From Candidatus Magasanikiibacteriota bacterium (lineage in GTDB: Bacteria > Patescibacteriota > Patescibacteriia > Magasanikbacterales > UBA922), in NCBI GenBank assembly GCA_014729395.1, contig WJJZ01000010.1, positions 23,901 to 87,900 of the forward strand: 64,000 nucleotides of DNA, written 5' to 3'. Below, piece after piece: positions 29,005 to 38,157 of this stretch. The position numbers and the translations under genes are program-made. The notes below the pieces were generated by a model. It was not told the origin of the DNA. It made no database searches and was given only the letters and a program-made list of their open reading frames with translations. Within the stretch, counting starts at the first letter, position 1, and each line of letters begins with the position of its first letter.

Positions 29005-29541
29005 ATGTTCGATAAAACAAATATTTGGATTATGGTGGCACTGCTTATGTTACTTGGTTTCGCAACCAGATTACTGCCCCATCCACCAAATTTCACACCG
29101 ATAGCGGCAATAGCCATTTTTGGAGGTTTGTATTTACCAAAATACTTGTCTGTTGTAATTCCCATTGCGGTGATGCTGGTTGGAGATATAGTTATTGGAT
29201 TTTATAATCCCTACGTTATGATATCGGTCTATGTAGGCTTTATATTATGTGTTGTATTAGCCTTGATTATTCGTAAAAAGAAAAAAATTCACTACATACT
29301 TGGTACAACCGTCTTCGGATCCATATTATTTTTTTTACTTACGAATATGGCTGTATGGGCTTTTGGTACACTCTATCCACATAGTTTGGCAGGATTGATA
29401 GAGAGCTATACCATGGCCATTCCTTTTTTTAGGAATAGTTTGTTGGGAGACTTGTTTTATGTAGGTGTGCTGGTTGGTGGATTTGAAACGGTCAAATATT
29501 TTTTGTTAAATAATAAAAAAATAGAGCAAAAAATAATCTGA
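29005..29541 (+). CDS. DUF6580 family putative transporter (ECF S-component-like)
   Basis: RLLPHPPNFTPIAAIAIFGG...LFFLLTNMAVW...AIPFFRNSLLGD. Confidence 0.8.
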   Translation: MFDKTNIWIMVALLMLLGFATRLLPHPPNFTPIAAIAIFGGLYLPKYLSVVIPIAVMLVGDIVIGFYNPYVMISVYVGFILCVVLALIIRKKKKIHYILGTTVFGSILFFLLTNMAVWAFGTLYPHSLAGLIESYTMAIPFFRNSLLGDLFYVGVLVGGFETVKYFLLNNKKIEQKII

Positions 29542-29559
29542 TCTAAAAAAAATAAGAAT

Positions 29560-29595
29560 AAAAAAACCCCGGACCAGTGAAATGGTGCGGGGTTT
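29560..29595 (-). terminator. Terminator hairpin between convergent genes
   Basis: AAACCCCG.ACCA...TGGT.CGGGGTTT with flanking A-run. Confidence 0.6.
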
Positions 29596-29621
29596 GTGGT
29601 TTTTGTATCTTTCACACCTCC

Positions 29622-29836
29622 TTACTTTGTACCAAGGAAACCAGGCCAACCGCCCTTTTTCTTCCAAACATCTGAATAGGTTTGGTGTGGACCAGACGGG
29701 AGACGGAGGTCCTGTTTGTAGCCTTTGATATATCCTCTAGAGGTTTTAAACCCCAAAGCCTGGGCAGCTTTGGAAGCTTCTTCCCAAGTTTCGTAGAAAC
29801 TAATTATTTTTTTACCCAAGAAACCAGGCCAACCGC
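29622..29836 (-). pseudogene. Frameshift-separated third C-terminal repeat of the helicase
   Basis: Encodes a further FYETWEEASKAAQALGFKT...GGWPGFLG unit, out of frame by +1. Confidence 0.75.
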
Positions 29837-30166
29837 CCTTTTTCTTTCCAGACCTCGGAGTAACTATTATTCGGGTCAGATGGAAGACGGAGGTCTTTTC
29901 TGTAGTGTTCTTGGTATTCTGTTTTAGTTTTAAACCCCAAAGCCTGGGCAGCTTTGGAAGCTTCTTCCCAGGTTTCGTAGAAACTAATTATCTTCTTACC
30001 CAAGAAACCAGGCCAACCGCCTTTTTCTTTCCAGACCTCGGAGTAACTCTTATTCGGGTAAGATGGAAGACGGAGGTCTTTTCTGTAGTGTTCTTTGTAT
30101 TCTGTTACAGTTTTAAACCCCAAAGCTTGTGCAGCTTTGGAGGCTTCTTCCCAGGTAGGGTAGAAA
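29626..30166 (-). repeat. Three tandem ~183-bp coding repeats (61 aa; integrase-repeat-like unit)
   Basis: TTCTTCCCA anchor at 30145, 29962, 29778 (spacings 183 and 184). Confidence 0.9.
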
Positions 30167-31389
30167 TTCCGAGACAGCATAACATCAACATAGTCGAGAA
30201 TCCCGACAACCTCTTCCAAGTACTCATCATAGAACACCTTAAAGCCGGTTGAGACCTCTCTCACATCGGTGTCATAATCATCCCGAAGGCCGACAGAAAC
30301 CAGCTGTCCGATGAATTCCAAGCGCCGGTAGGTGCCGACAAAGTCCATGACAACCACTTTTTGCTTGTCTCTGGTCTTGCGCAGACCTCGACCGAGCTGC
30401 TGGTACCAGACTACGGCGCTTCTGGTTGAACGCAGGAAGACGATCAGGTCAACAGTGGGGATGTCAATTGCTTCATTGAACATATCCACCGTGAGTAGTG
30501 TCCGAATCTCTCCTCTTTGAAACGCTTGGAAGCGCTCTTTGAGAGTCTTTGTCTTGAGGCCCGAATGGTATGACACAGCCTCGGGAAAGTATTTGTTGAC
30601 TCTCCTAAGGTGGCTGATCGAACGACAGAAAATGACCGCCTGTTTGTCAGCAACCGACTGCTCGGCTTTGACAGTTTCGGCAATCGCTTCCAGTTTTTCA
30701 ACTAGAAAGAGATTTTTGTCAAGTTTTGTCTTTGAAATGGAGCGGTCCTCTTGCCTGACTCTCTCGATGAGATCTTGTATAACCTCTCTTGAGATGTTGT
30801 CGGTCAAGAGCCGGTACTCCACCTCAGCCAGCCACTCGTTGTCAGCGAGTGCCTCTTTCAAGCCGTAGGAGTATACCTCGTCTCCAAAGATATCCCTGAT
30901 ATCAAGACCATCTCCCCTGAAAGGAGTAGCGGTCATACCAAGCATGAACCGGGGTGTGAAGTAGTCGATGATTTCCTTGTAGGTCTCTGCATGAGAATGA
31001 TGAGCCTCGTCTACGATGACAAGAGAAAACTCATCCTCTTCCAGCTCCCAAACAAGGCTTTCCTGCATGGTCTGAAAAGTACTAAGGAGCACCGTGGCAT
31101 CCTTATCTTCTTTGACCACGCCATTGACAATCGAGATGCCGGGCTTGTCCTCAAGACTGAAGAGAGCCTCTTCAAACTCCTGTTTGGCCTGATACAGCGG
31201 GTCGGTCATATGAAGGATAAAGAGAACTTTACCTCCATAATTTTCCAACCAATAGCGAATGATGTTGCCGGCGAGCACTGTCTTGCCCAAGCCGGAGGCC
31301 ATGGAAATTAGAACAGTTTTGAATCCACTGCTCACGGCCTCAAGGATAGCCGACTTAGCTTCTTCCTGATAAGGTCTGAGTGTTTTCAT
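29812..31389 (-). CDS. SF2 (DEAH, Res-III/UvsW-like) helicase with C-terminal repeats
   Basis: LRPYQ, MASGLGKT, VDEAHH, GMTATP, FNEAIDIP, QQLGRGLR; AGGAGA SD; visibly GC-richer than its flanks. Confidence 0.88.
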   Translation of the reverse strand: MKTLRPYQEEAKSAILEAVSSGFKTVLISMASGLGKTVLAGNIIRYWLENYGGKVLFILHMTDPLYQAKQEFEEALFSLEDKPGISIVNGVVKEDKDATVLLSTFQTMQESLVWELEEDEFSLVIVDEAHHSHAETYKEIIDYFTPRFMLGMTATPFRGDGLDIRDIFGDEVYSYGLKEALADNEWLAEVEYRLLTDNISREVIQDLIERVRQEDRSISKTKLDKNLFLVEKLEAIAETVKAEQSVADKQAVIFCRSISHLRRVNKYFPEAVSYHSGLKTKTLKERFQAFQRGEIRTLLTVDMFNEAIDIPTVDLIVFLRSTRSAVVWYQQLGRGLRKTRDKQKVVVMDFVGTYRRLEFIGQLVSVGLRDDYDTDVREVSTGFKVFYDEYLEEVVGILDYVDVMLSRNFYPTWEEASKAAQALGFKTVTEYKEHYRKDLRLPSYPNKSYSEVWKEKGGWPGFLGKKIISFYETWEEASKAAQALGFKTKTEYQEHYRKDLRLPSDPNNSYSEVWKEKGRLAWFLG

Positions 31390-31535
31390 CACTGACTCTC
31401 CTATGTGAAAGTTTTGTTTTTGAATGTACGATTAACGGCTAAGTTTAGTATAAAATTGAAATTTTGTCAAGTTAAATAAAATATCCCTATTTTTAGGGAT
31501 ATTTTTGAATAATTTTTGTCTAATTATAGCCTAAT

Positions 31536-33161
31536 TTACTTATCAATCGCTGCCTTTATAAACTCTCGAAACAGCGGATGTGGCTTCATCGGACGAGATT
31601 TGAATTCCGGATGAAACTGAGTACCCACAAAGAAAGGATGATTTTCTAACTCGACTATTTCCACTAAATCGGCATCTTTGTTCATACCAACCACTTTCAA
31701 GCCGGCTTTATCCACTTCATCTCGATAATCATTATTAAATTCGTATCTGTGACGATGACGTTCGCTGATTTTTTCTTCACCATAGGCGCGCTTTACCATC
31801 GAAGATTCTTTCAGACTGCAATCATAAGCACCTAAACGCATAGTTCCTCCATATCTATTTTCTTTTACATTTTTTGCCTGATTTGGATTTATGTGAATTA
31901 CAGGTTCAGGTGTATCCGGATCCATCTCAACCGTATTTGCATTTGTTTTACCCAGTACATTTCTCACAAACTCTACCGAAGCTAATTGCATACCATAACA
32001 CAATCCCAAATACGGTACTTTATTTTCTCTTGCATAACGGATTGCTTCGATAATTCCCTCCACACCTCTTGTACCAAAACCACCAGGAACAATAATCCCA
32101 TGATAATCTGATAATTTTTTTATACTATCGGATTCATTTTCAAAATCTTCTGAATCCACCCAATCCAATTCAGGCTCGACACCATTAAACCAGGCAGCAT
32201 GTTTTATTGCTTCGATTACCGATATATATGAATCAGCCAAAGTAAATTCTCCAGTTCCGAAGTATTTTCCAACTACGGCGATCTTTATTTTTTTATCCAA
32301 ATTATCTATTTTTGAAACAAAAGATTGCCAGGTCGACATGTCACTTTCTCTATTGTCAATTTTCAACTTGTTTAAGAGTTTATTACCAATATCCTGTTCT
32401 TCTAATTTCAAAGGAATTTCATAAATGGAAGAGACATCCGGTGCGGAAATACAATTATCACGAGGGATACCACAGTGTATTGCCAATTTCTCTCTTCGTG
32501 GCTGATCCAATTCAAACTGGCCTCTAGCTATCAACATGTCAGCATTCAAACCGGCACTGTTTAAGGCTCTTGAAGCATGCTGGGTCGGCTTGGTTTTCAT
32601 TTCACCCAGATGTTTTGGTACAGGCAAATAGCTAACCAGAACAAAGGCTACATTATCCGGATTTTTCAATCTCATTCTTCTTCCTGCTTCTAAAAATAAA
32701 ATATTTTCATATTCACCCACGGTTCCGCCAACTTCAATGATTGTAATATCCGCATCATGCATATCCGCAGAGGTTTCAATTCGTCTTATTATTTCTTCCG
32801 GAATATGGGGTACAACCTGAACACATTTTCCATTGTATTTCATTGTTCGTTCATTCTCTATTACAGTCAAATAAACACGTCCGGTTGTCATATAATTTAT
32901 GGAGCCCAGACTGGTGTCCAAAAAGCGTTCATAGTTGCCCATATCCTGATCCGTCTCATCGCCATCATCTGTTACAAATACTTCACCATGCTCTGTAGGG
33001 TTCATCGTACCGGCATCAACATTCACATAAGGGTCCACCTTTAATGCGGTTACCTTAAAACCTTTGGTTCTAAAAATTGCCCCCAAAGATGCCGTGGTTA
33101 CACCTTTTCCAACACCACTCAATACACCTCCCACTACAAATATGTACTTTCTTTGTTTCAT
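31536..33161 (-). CDS. pyrG: CTP synthase
   Basis: GGVLSGVGKG, DPYVNVDAGTM, KTKPTQH, LGLCYGMQ, RHRHRYE, QFHPE. Confidence 0.97.
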   Translation of the reverse strand: MKQRKYIFVVGGVLSGVGKGVTTASLGAIFRTKGFKVTALKVDPYVNVDAGTMNPTEHGEVFVTDDGDETDQDMGNYERFLDTSLGSINYMTTGRVYLTVIENERTMKYNGKCVQVVPHIPEEIIRRIETSADMHDADITIIEVGGTVGEYENILFLEAGRRMRLKNPDNVAFVLVSYLPVPKHLGEMKTKPTQHASRALNSAGLNADMLIARGQFELDQPRREKLAIHCGIPRDNCISAPDVSSIYEIPLKLEEQDIGNKLLNKLKIDNRESDMSTWQSFVSKIDNLDKKIKIAVVGKYFGTGEFTLADSYISVIEAIKHAAWFNGVEPELDWVDSEDFENESDSIKKLSDYHGIIVPGGFGTRGVEGIIEAIRYARENKVPYLGLCYGMQLASVEFVRNVLGKTNANTVEMDPDTPEPVIHINPNQAKNVKENRYGGTMRLGAYDCSLKESSMVKRAYGEEKISERHRHRYEFNNDYRDEVDKAGLKVVGMNKDADLVEIVELENHPFFVGTQFHPEFKSRPMKPHPLFREFIKAAIDK

Positions 33162-33215
33162 AAATACTTTTTTTATATAAAAAAACAAAAACCCCTCCGT
33201 GAGGAGGTAGTTTTA

Positions 33216-33662
33216 TTAGGCTTCGTTGATAATTATTGATAAGCTCGCTTCCAAGCCGTGAGACAATGTAACTTTTGCCTCGTGCTCGCCCAAATCCTTT
33301 ATCGGGCTTGGCAGATCTATTTGTCTTGGTTTTATAGTAACACCCAACTTTTCTTTTATATTTTGAGCTATTTTATTTGTTGATAATGCGGCATACAACG
33401 TTCCGTTGCTATTTACTTTGGCATCAATCTCCAACTCGGCACCATCAAGTTTGGCGGCCTTTTTTTGCTCTTCTTTCAAATCTCTTTCCATTTGTTTTAC
33501 TTTCTTTTTGGTTTCTTGCTGAAGTCTATTCATTACGTGATCACTAGCCGGCTTTGCCAAACCTTTTTTTAACAAAAAATTACGAGCGTATCCATCGGCT
33601 ACCTCTTTAATGTCACTTTTCTTTCCTGTTCCGGGAACATCTTTTAATAATATTACCTTCAT
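33216..33662 (-). CDS. rplI: 50S ribosomal protein L9
   Basis: [12 protein letters not shown]...[12 protein letters not shown]. Confidence 0.95.
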   Translation of the reverse strand: MKVILLKDVPGTGKKSDIKEVADGYARNFLLKKGLAKPASDHVMNRLQQETKKKVKQMERDLKEEQKKAAKLDGAELEIDAKVNSNGTLYAALSTNKIAQNIKEKLGVTIKPRQIDLPSPIKDLGEHEAKVTLSHGLEASLSIIINEA

Positions 33663-33742
33663 ACTTTGTTATAATAGCATAAAGCTTGAAAATAGTGCAA
33701 GGAGGTGATAGTATAGTTTTAAAAGAAACGAATACTATTGAT

Positions 33743-33806
33743 GTAAGAAATATGAAAACTACGAAATTACGAAAAAACATTTAAGAAGGTTTTCGTGATT
33801 TTGTAA
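33743..33806. repeat. Intergenic hairpin of 8-nt periodic repeats
   Basis: gtaagaaa-tatgaaaa-ctacgaaa-ttacgaaa ... ttttcgtga-ttttgtaa. Confidence 0.5.
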
Positions 33807-33874
33807 TGACCTAAGGCTGATTTGTATTTAATATATTACTTTTTACACTAAAAATTACAAAGAATAATTCTTAT

Positions 33875-34723
33875 ATGAAATCAGGTTTTGTTGTCCTTGT
33901 CGGACGCTCAAATGTGGGTAAATCTACACTATTAAACACACTGGTGGGTACAAAAATAGCTGCTACCAGTTTTAGGGCCCAGATGACCCGCCACATCATT
34001 CACGGAGCCATGAACACCCCCGAGGGTCAGGCAGTTTTTTTGGATACTCCGGGAGTTTTTAAGGATAAAAAAAATTTACTAAGTGCCAAGCTCACAAACA
34101 AAGCCAAAGAAGCTTTGGAAGGCATTGACCTGATCATTTATGTTGTTGACCCTACTCGAGAAATTGGTGACGAAGAACGAGCTGTCTATGGTATGATTCG
34201 TCATCTTGATATACCAAAATTGCTTGTAATAAATAAAAGTGACTTACCGGAACTGCAAAGAAAGCATCAAAAAAGTTATGAACTTTGGAAAAAAGACTTT
34301 GATGAAATGTTTATCCTATCTGCATTAAAAGCAAGCCACATCAAACCTCTAAAAGACAAAGTAATTGAACTTTTGCCGGAAGGAGAACCTATTTACAAAG
34401 AAAACCAGATCACTAATGTAGATAACTACTTTTGGGTCGCTGAAATAATACGTGAAAAAATATTCTCTGTATTGGAAAAAGAAATTCCCTATGCAGTTAC
34501 GGTGGAAGTGGATAATATTGAAGAAAAGCCGGATATAATTGTAATTTCAGCTCGCATTTTGACTGAAGCCGATCGCTATAAAAAAATAATAATTGGCCGA
34601 AAGGGTCTAAAAATTAAAGAAATCGGTCAGATGGCCAGAAAAGAACTGGAACAAGCCCTAAATAAAAAAATCTTCCTGGAATTGGAAGTGGAGATTGATA
34701 AACATTGGGTAGAGAGGGTTTGA
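33875..34723 (+). CDS. era: GTPase Era
   Basis: GRSNVGKSTL, DTPG, NKSD, KH domain IIIGRKG. Confidence 0.95.
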   Translation: MKSGFVVLVGRSNVGKSTLLNTLVGTKIAATSFRAQMTRHIIHGAMNTPEGQAVFLDTPGVFKDKKNLLSAKLTNKAKEALEGIDLIIYVVDPTREIGDEERAVYGMIRHLDIPKLLVINKSDLPELQRKHQKSYELWKKDFDEMFILSALKASHIKPLKDKVIELLPEGEPIYKENQITNVDNYFWVAEIIREKIFSVLEKEIPYAVTVEVDNIEEKPDIIVISARILTEADRYKKIIIGRKGLKIKEIGQMARKELEQALNKKIFLELEVEIDKHWVERV

Positions 34724-34752
34724 GAACTATGTAAAATCGAGATCAACAATTC

Positions 34753-35163
34753 ATGGAACTGGCAATAGATGAGGCCTTGCATTCAAATGAACCTCTAAAG
34801 TGTGGGGTTGTTATTACCAGGGATGATATTGTAATAGCCAAACAACATAATTCTCAAAGACTCTCTAATGATGCGACTTCACATGCTGAAATTAGAGCTG
34901 TTAGAAAAGCTGGACAAAAATTACAAAACAAAAATTTAAACGGATGTACAGCTTTTTGTACTTGTGAACCATGTATCATGTGCCTTTCGGCTCTTTGTTT
35001 TGCGAAAATTGATAAATTATTTTATGGTCTATCACTTAAAGACGTTTCACCAAAAGAAAAATCTATAAGTATAGATATATACACCTTTTTAAAAGAAGCA
35101 CCTTATAAATTTGAAGTGGTCAAAAATTTTATGAAAGATGAATGTAAAAAAACACTTTTATAA
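34753..35163 (+). CDS. Nucleoside/nucleobase deaminase (TadA/guanine deaminase type)
   Basis: HAE and EPCIMC zinc motifs. Confidence 0.85.
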   Translation: MELAIDEALHSNEPLKCGVVITRDDIVIAKQHNSQRLSNDATSHAEIRAVRKAGQKLQNKNLNGCTAFCTCEPCIMCLSALCFAKIDKLFYGLSLKDVSPKEKSISIDIYTFLKEAPYKFEVVKNFMKDECKKTLL

Positions 35164-35628
35164 ATCTTTTTGCATTTTTCCCAATAAAGCCATTTCAATC
35201 GCGCTTAATCCCCACTCATAACCATTATTTTTCTTTCCGCTTGATCTTTCAATTGCTTGTTCTTCTGTAAGGCAGGTCAAAACTCCAAAAATTACCGGTA
35301 TGTCTGTTTCCAAATTCAGACGAGTTATGCCTTGTGTCACAGCTTCGGCAATATATTCAAAATGCATTGTTTCTCCTTTTATGAGAGACCCCAAACAAAC
35401 AACAGCATCAACCTGTTGTTTTTTTATCAATTTAGAAGCTGCAAAAGGCAATTCATAAGAGCCGGGAACTTCATAAACAATTATATTTTCTTCCTTTACA
35501 TTGGAATCAAGCAAAGCCTGCTTACATTTTTCCAGCAATGGATCTGTAATAAAAGAATTCCATCGGGATTTTGCAATCCCAATTTTTAAGTCACTCCCAT
35601 CCAAGTTTTTAAACTCAATTCCTTTCAT
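35158..35628 (-). CDS. ribH: 6,7-dimethyl-8-ribityllumazine synthase
   Basis: SRWN, VPGSYELP, IKGETMHFEYI, PVIFGVLT. Confidence 0.95.
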   Translation of the reverse strand: MKGIEFKNLDGSDLKIGIAKSRWNSFITDPLLEKCKQALLDSNVKEENIIVYEVPGSYELPFAASKLIKKQQVDAVVCLGSLIKGETMHFEYIAEAVTQGITRLNLETDIPVIFGVLTCLTEEQAIERSSGKKNNGYEWGLSAIEMALLGKMQKDL

Positions 35629-35631
35629 ACA

Positions 35632-35777
35632 CAACCAACAGTCGGCAGTTCACAGCCTGCAGACGTTGTTTTAATTATATATTAATTGTGAATAATACAC
35701 TGTTGTTAATTCTTCCTTACGGTCTATGACCAACAATCAACAACGTCTGTTGGCTGCTGGCGGTTGGCGGTTGGCTG
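35632..35777. repeat. Hairpin with 7-nt periodic arms between ribE and ribH
   Basis: caaccaa-cagtcgg-cagttca-cagcctg-cagacgttgtt (35632-35670) versus aacaacgtctg-ttggctg-ctggcgg-ttggcgg-ttggctg (35739-35777); perfect 11-bp IR core. Confidence 0.8.
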
Positions 35778-36348
35778 TAATGACATACTTTGCCAACATA
35801 TCAAATTCAATATTAACTTTATCGCCTATTTTTAATCGCCCCAGAGTTGTGTTTTTCAAAGTATATTCAATCAGTGAAACCGTAAATCCACTTTCTTCAA
35901 CTCTTGCCACTGTCAAACTCACCCCATCAACCGCAACTGACCCTTCCGGGGTAATGTATTGCATCCACTCTGATGGAATTTTGATACTCACGAGCTTATT
36001 ATCTCCTTCCGCAACAATATTTTCCACCTTACCTACACAATCAACATGACCATAAACAAAATGACCACCGATTTCATCACCAACTTTAAGTGAAGTTTCC
36101 AGATTTACTTTATCACCAATTTTTTTTTGCCCAAGAGAAGTCTTTCGCAAAGTCTCGGGCATAACTTCAAAAAAAATTTTACCATCTTTTTTTTCAAAAA
36201 CTGTTAAGCAAACACCGCTATTACAAATACTTGCCCCAAATTCAACTCTCGAAGCTGCGTCAAGCTCTTTTATAACAAAAATAAAGCCTTGAGCTTTTGG
36301 CTTTATCTCAACTATCTCCCCCATTTCTTTAATTATTCCTGAAAACAT
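35737..36348 (-). CDS. ribE: Riboflavin synthase
   Basis: MFSGII, GVCLTV, GGHFVYGHVD, GSVAVDGVSLTV, VNIEFD. Confidence 0.95.
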   Translation of the reverse strand: MFSGIIKEMGEIVEIKPKAQGFIFVIKELDAASRVEFGASICNSGVCLTVFEKKDGKIFFEVMPETLRKTSLGQKKIGDKVNLETSLKVGDEIGGHFVYGHVDCVGKVENIVAEGDNKLVSIKIPSEWMQYITPEGSVAVDGVSLTVARVEESGFTVSLIEYTLKNTTLGRLKIGDKVNIEFDMLAKYVITANRQPPAANRRC

Positions 36349-36448
36349 ACTACAAATACTTTAATATCCTGATATTCGGATAATTCAGATTTTCGTATTT
36401 ACTAATGATCTTATTATAAAACCTGTTGGATATATCCATAGATCCGCA

Positions 36449-36468
36449 CCTGCCTGCCGGCAGGCAGG
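36449..36468. repeat. Perfect 20-bp palindrome CCTGCCTGCCGGCAGGCAGG (copy 1)
   Basis: Identical copy at 44008-44027; embedded in ~9-nt periodic (atccg/cggat) repeats at 36362-36490. Confidence 0.9.
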
Positions 36469-36499
36469 TTATCAAAAGATCCGAATCTCAATGTCAAAA

Positions 36500-36844
36500 T
36501 TACTCAAATATTCCCCTTATCATTTCCAAATCTCTTTCTATTTTTTCTTTTAATTCATATTGAGAATTATAGCGACACATTTCACTCACTTTTTGAATCG
36601 GCTCAACTTCTATATATGTTCCATAGAAATCTCCACCTTTATAATCGATCAAATGAACCTCAACTTTCCAAGGACTGCTCTGAATAGCCAATGCCCCCTG
36701 GTATTTTTTTCGTCTTAAACCAACCCACACCGCGTAGACACCACTTTCCAGGTCAATTTTTCTTTTCGGTGTATCAAGATTGGCTGTCGGATAGCCTATT
36801 TTTTTACCTATCTCATCACCGCGTATTACAATACCGCTAAACAT
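36500..36844 (-). CDS. Riboflavin kinase (standalone RibF C-terminal domain)
   Basis: GKKIGYPTANL, GVYA, VEVHLIDY.GGDFYG. Confidence 0.88.
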   Translation of the reverse strand: MFSGIVIRGDEIGKKIGYPTANLDTPKRKIDLESGVYAVWVGLRRKKYQGALAIQSSPWKVEVHLIDYKGGDFYGTYIEVEPIQKVSEMCRYNSQYELKEKIERDLEMIRGIFE

Positions 36845-36908
36845 AATGTAGAATCTAAAATTTGGTATTTGGAATCCGGAATAATCTTAAAATAAAAACA
36901 TCTAAATT

Positions 36909-38156
36909 CTATTGTTTTAATATTTCAATTGCTTTTTCCATACCTTTATCATTAATAATATTTTCACCATCAGTCCCTTCGGCCACAAACATCTCTTCAA
37001 CAATAACATCCGGCATTATACCTTCCTCATCAATTTGTCTGTCATTTGGAGTATACCATCTGGCTACTGTCAATTTAAGGGCGGATCCGTCAGATAATGT
37101 TTCAAAATCTTGTACAGATCCTTTTCCAAAAGTCTGCACACCAACAATGGTTGCCAAGCTGTAATCTTGCAGAGCACCGGCAACTATTTCAGATCCGGAG
37201 GCGGTTCCGCCATCTACCAAAATAACAGTTGGTATATCGGCAAATCTATGCTTACCTCTGCTTTTATATTCATTGACTCGTCCGTCGCTGTATCTTTCCC
37301 GAACTATAACACCGCTTTCCACCCACTCTCCGGCCACATCTACCGATGTTTGAAGGAAACCTCCCGGGTTGCTGCGCAAATCAAGAATCACCCCTTTTGG
37401 AGAATTCATGATTATTTCTCTAACCGCTTTATCAAACTCAGTCCATGTGTCCTCATTAAAATAACTGATTCTCAAATAATATAAATCATTTTCTTTTTGT
37501 TCCCAAGATACGGTTGGTACGTTAATTGTGTCCCTCACAATACTAACTTCTTCGATTTCATCATACCCATCATGGCTGACAGTCAAGACTACCTCACTAC
37601 CCTTTGGACCGCGTATTTTGCTGACAGCCTCGTCAAGAGATAATTCAAAAGTATCTTCTCCATCAATTGCATAAACCTTATCACCGGCTTGTAAACCGGA
37701 TTTTTCCGCCGGTGAATCCGGCAACGGAGCAATAATTGTCAATTGTTCATTTCTAATTCCAATTTCCGCACCAATGCCCTCAAATTCACCCGCTAAATCC
37801 TTTACAAATTCTTCTGCCTTTTTTGGTCTAAAATAAACAGAATAAGGGTCTTTAAGCCCTGAAACCAAGCCCTCCATTGCTCCATAATATAAATCTTCAT
37901 CATTTACAGGCTGTACTACATATTTTTCCTTAATTTTATCCCATAATTCCCAAAACTGATCAAAGTCCAATTCATCGGATTTTCCATTTTTATATAAATT
38001 TAAAACCTGGGCTACTTCCACACTACCATCATCATTTATTATTTTTTGATCATTATTCCAAGATAAACCAACTAAAAGTCCAAATCCAAAAGTCAGTATA
38101 GCCAAACTTACAGGTATAATTGTTTTCGTTGTATATTTTTTTACAAAAAATTTCAT
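36909..38156 (-). CDS. ctpA: Carboxyl-terminal processing protease (S41) with PDZ domain
   Basis: DPYS, FEGIGAEI, LDLRSNPGG, TASGSEI, TFGKGSVQ. Confidence 0.93.
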   Translation of the reverse strand: MKFFVKKYTTKTIIPVSLAILTFGFGLLVGLSWNNDQKIINDDGSVEVAQVLNLYKNGKSDELDFDQFWELWDKIKEKYVVQPVNDEDLYYGAMEGLVSGLKDPYSVYFRPKKAEEFVKDLAGEFEGIGAEIGIRNEQLTIIAPLPDSPAEKSGLQAGDKVYAIDGEDTFELSLDEAVSKIRGPKGSEVVLTVSHDGYDEIEEVSIVRDTINVPTVSWEQKENDLYYLRISYFNEDTWTEFDKAVREIIMNSPKGVILDLRSNPGGFLQTSVDVAGEWVESGVIVRERYSDGRVNEYKSRGKHRFADIPTVILVDGGTASGSEIVAGALQDYSLATIVGVQTFGKGSVQDFETLSDGSALKLTVARWYTPNDRQIDEEGIMPDVIVEEMFVAEGTDGENIINDKGMEKAIEILKQ

Positions 38157-38157
38157 A

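Noticed and set aside
29626-30166. CRISPR array or DGR template/variable repeats
   Set aside because: The repeats are 183-bp in-frame coding units without spacers; differences are not adenine-specific; no cas genes
34753-35163. RibD deaminase completing the riboflavin cluster
   Set aside because: It has the short PCxxC motif of TadA/guanine deaminases rather than the longer RibD spacing, lacks a reductase domain and lies on the opposite strand
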